Positions 12,705 through 13,968 of a DNA stretch of 13,968 bases are shown here, in pieces. How positions within the stretch are numbered: position 1 is the first letter of the stretch; each line of letters starts with the position of its first letter. The notes under the pieces were generated by a model, which saw only the letters and a list, made by a program, of their open reading frames with translations, did not search any database and was not told the DNA's origin. The DNA is from a virus (Duplodnaviria; Heunggongvirae; Uroviricota; Caudoviricetes): IMG/VR virus record IMGVR_UViG_2698536458_000002; one strand, written 5' to 3'. A program made the translations under genes and the position numbers.

Positions 12705-12899
12705 AGAAAGGAAACGACAGAGGCCAAAAAGCCCGTTTTCAGCACCTGTCGTTTCCTTTCTTTTCAGGGGGTGTTTTAAATAAAAACATTAGGTTACGGC
12801 GAAGAAGAACGGAAACGCCTTAAACCGGAAAATTGTCATAAATAGCGAAAACCCGCGCGCCTTCCGCCCCGTAACCTGTCGGATCGCCGGAAAGGACCC
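12705..12899 (-). other. cos region, joined form: cosB (R1 12705..12720, R2 12746..12761, IHF site I1 about 12771..12800, R3 about 12801..12820), cosN (12858..12869), cosQ (12893..12899)
   Basis: Reverse complement reads ...GGGTCCTTTCCGGCGATCCGACAGGTTACG-GGGCGGAAGGCG-CGCGGGTTTTCGCTATTTATGACAATTTTCCGGTTTAAGGCGTTTCCGTTCTTCTTC..., then the R2 and R1 elements (AGAAAGGAAACGACAG and its inverse) and the Nu1 ATG. Flanks match the lambda cos region from memory. Confidence 0.85.
12858..12869 (-). other. cosN cohesive-end segment (12-nt overhang position), variant sequence GGGCGGAAGGCG where lambda has GGGCGGCGACCT
   Basis: Position fixed by identical flanking sequence on both sides (GACAGGTTACG upstream, CGCGGGTTTTCGC downstream). 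Confidence 0.7.
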
Positions 12900-12905
12900 G
12901 CAAAA

Positions 12906-12920
12906 TGATAATAATTATCA
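12906..12920. promoter_or_regulatory. Perfect 7-1-7 palindrome TGATAATAATTATCA between cosQ and the plus-strand accessory genes; possible operator (Fur-box-like GATAAT repeats)
   Basis: Exact inverted repeat read from the sequence, AT-rich, resembling the GATAATGATAATCATTATC Fur consensus at about 14 of 19 positions. Function is not established. Confidence 0.25.
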
Positions 12921-13068
12921 TCTACATGTCACAACGTGCATCTACGCCATCAAACCACGTCAAATAATCAATTATGACGCAGGTATCGTATTAATTGATC
13001 TGCATCAACTTAACGTAAAAACAACTTCAGACAATACAAATCAGCGACACTGAATACAGGGCAACCTC

Positions 13069-13302
13069 ATGTCAACGAAGAACAGAACCCGCAGAACAAC
13101 AACCCGCAACATCCGCTTTCCTAACCAAATGATTGAACAAATTAACATCGCTCTTGTTCAAAAAGGGTCCGGGAATTTCTCAGCCTGGGTCATTGAAGCC
13201 TGCCGCCGGAGACTGTGCTCAGAAAAAAGAGTTTCGCCTGAAGCAAACAAAGAAAAGAGTGACATTACTGAATTGCTCAGAAAACAGGTTAGACCAGATT
13301 GA
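13069..13302 (+). CDS. YlcI/YnfO-family (DUF3950) small ribbon-helix-helix-like DNA-binding protein, 77 aa, with a divergent C-terminal tail
   Basis: ORF track 13069..13302, MSTKNRTRRTTTRNIRFPNQMIEQINIALVQKGSGNFSAWVIEACRRRL...; the N-terminal 48 residues match prophage YlcI/YnfO proteins from memory and have an RHH-like strand-helix-helix pattern. Weak AGGG Shine-Dalgarno 7 nt upstream. Confidence 0.8.
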   Translation: MSTKNRTRRTTTRNIRFPNQMIEQINIALVQKGSGNFSAWVIEACRRRLCSEKRVSPEANKEKSDITELLRKQVRPD

Positions 13303-13359
13303 AGCAATTTAGATAATCGTGCAGACTACGCCCCCTCATATCACATGGAAGGTACTACA

Positions 13360-13770
13360 ATGGCTCAGGTTGCCATTTTTAAACAAATATTCGATAAAGT
13401 GCGAAATAATTTAAACTATCACTGGTTTTATTCTGAACTAAAACGTCACAATGTCTCACATTACATTTACTATTTAGCCACAGAGAATATTCATCTTGTT
13501 CTTGAAAACGATAATACGGTTTTAATAAAAGGACAGGGTAAGGTTGTAAATGTAAGATTTTCAAAAAATAAATGCCTTATAGAAGCCACCTTAAAAGGAT
13601 TCAAATCAGGAGAGTTATCATTTTACGAATACAGGAAAAATCTTGCTACAGCAGGGGTTTTCAGATGGATTACAAATATCCACGAAAACAAAAGGTATTA
13701 CTATACCTTTGATAATTCATTACTCTTTACTGAGAACATACAGAACACTACACAAATATTTCCGCACTAA
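13360..13770 (+). CDS. DUF1398-family protein (YdfO/YbcV-like), 136 aa, AT-rich accessory gene; alternative upstream ATG at 13345
   Basis: ORF track 13345..13770 ([63 protein letters not shown]...). The ATG at 13360 is preferred because of a GGAAGG Shine-Dalgarno 7 nt upstream and the 136-aa family length. GC content is much lower than in the structural genes. Confidence 0.8.
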   Translation: MAQVAIFKQIFDKVRNNLNYHWFYSELKRHNVSHYIYYLATENIHLVLENDNTVLIKGQGKVVNVRFSKNKCLIEATLKGFKSGELSFYEYRKNLATAGVFRWITNIHENKRYYYTFDNSLLFTENIQNTTQIFPH

Positions 13771-13778
13771 ATCATAAC

Positions 13779-13807
13779 GTCCGGTTTCTTCCGTGCCAGA
13801 ACCGGAC
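13779..13807. other. Inverted repeat GTCCGGTT-N13-AACCGGAC (8-bp perfect stem) just downstream of the DUF1398 gene
   Basis: Read directly from the sequence, 9 nt after the TAA at 13768..13770. No strong U tract on either strand, so it is not a canonical intrinsic terminator. Confidence 0.3.
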
Positions 13808-13815
13808 TCGCTGGC

Positions 13816-13968
13816 ATGATGAAATATGTGTACCCGGTAACCCCGGTGTGCATCGTTTTTGATTATTCCCGCACACTCGCGCAGAAGGAGTTCCCCGTCG
13901 GGCTACGGTCTCTGTTAATACGGGAATACGGCGACGATTGGATTTGCCCCTATATTTCCAGACATCTG
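13816..13968 (+). CDS. Possible 5' end of an unidentified ORF running off the window end (51 codons, no stop)
   Basis: ATG ATG at 13816 opens a frame reading MMKYVYPVTPVCIVFDYSRTLAQKEFPVGLRSLLIREYGDDWICPYISRHL to the window edge. No clear Shine-Dalgarno, and no homology recognised. Confidence 0.2.
   Translation, partial: MMKYVYPVTPVCIVFDYSRTLAQKEFPVGLRSLLIREYGDDWICPYISRHL

Noticed and set aside
12681-13068. Possibility of a CRISPR array, tRNA, or attachment site and integrase in the non-coding stretch around cos
   Set aside because: There are no repeat-spacer periodicity and no cloverleaf-like tRNA structure. The region aligns base-for-base with lambda cosQ-cosN-cosB and the lambda right-end leader. 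The only repeats are the known R1/R2 inverted repeat and the 15-bp palindrome.
12900-13068. A sigma-70 promoter for the ylcI-like gene
   Set aside because: Candidate hexamers (for example TTGATC at 12995..13000 and TATTAAT at 12989..12995) do not form a -35/-10 pair with proper spacing. I could not support a specific promoter call from sequence alone.
13771-13968. Minus-strand open frame entering from beyond the window end (stop near 13774)
   Set aside because: Its translation is arginine-rich and low-complexity (…NRRRIPVLTETVARRGTPSARVCGNNQKRC…), and it lacks a visible start within the window. It was judged less protein-like than the plus-strand frame, though neither is confirmed.

Overview
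This window is the head and tail morphogenesis module of a phage or prophage nearly identical to coliphage lambda, encoded on the minus strand. Gene order and spacing are co-linear with lambda: Nu1, A, W, B, C/Nu3, D, E, FI, FII, Z, U, V, G/G-T, and the 5' ~795 codons of tape-measure gene H running off the window start. Identifications rest on reading the ORF-track translations against lambda proteins recalled from memory; no search was run. Upstream of Nu1 is a joined cos region (cosB R1/R2/R3, cosN, cosQ), so the sequence is in circular or prophage form rather than a linear virion end. Beyond cos, on the plus strand, are two small accessory genes: a ylcI/ynfO-like ribbon-helix-helix protein and an AT-rich DUF1398 (ydfO/ybcV-like) protein, then a possible partial ORF at the window edge. 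Nearly all plus-strand ORFs between 216 and 12779 are antisense shadows of GC-rich minus-strand genes. Most of the window is well-characterised biology and I see no clearly novel multi-gene system. The points worth a second look are a cluster of substitutions in the cosN cohesive-end segment, an in-frame 19-codon shortening of V, the cos-proximal accessory gene pair, and hairpins in the D-E and E-FI intergenic regions.
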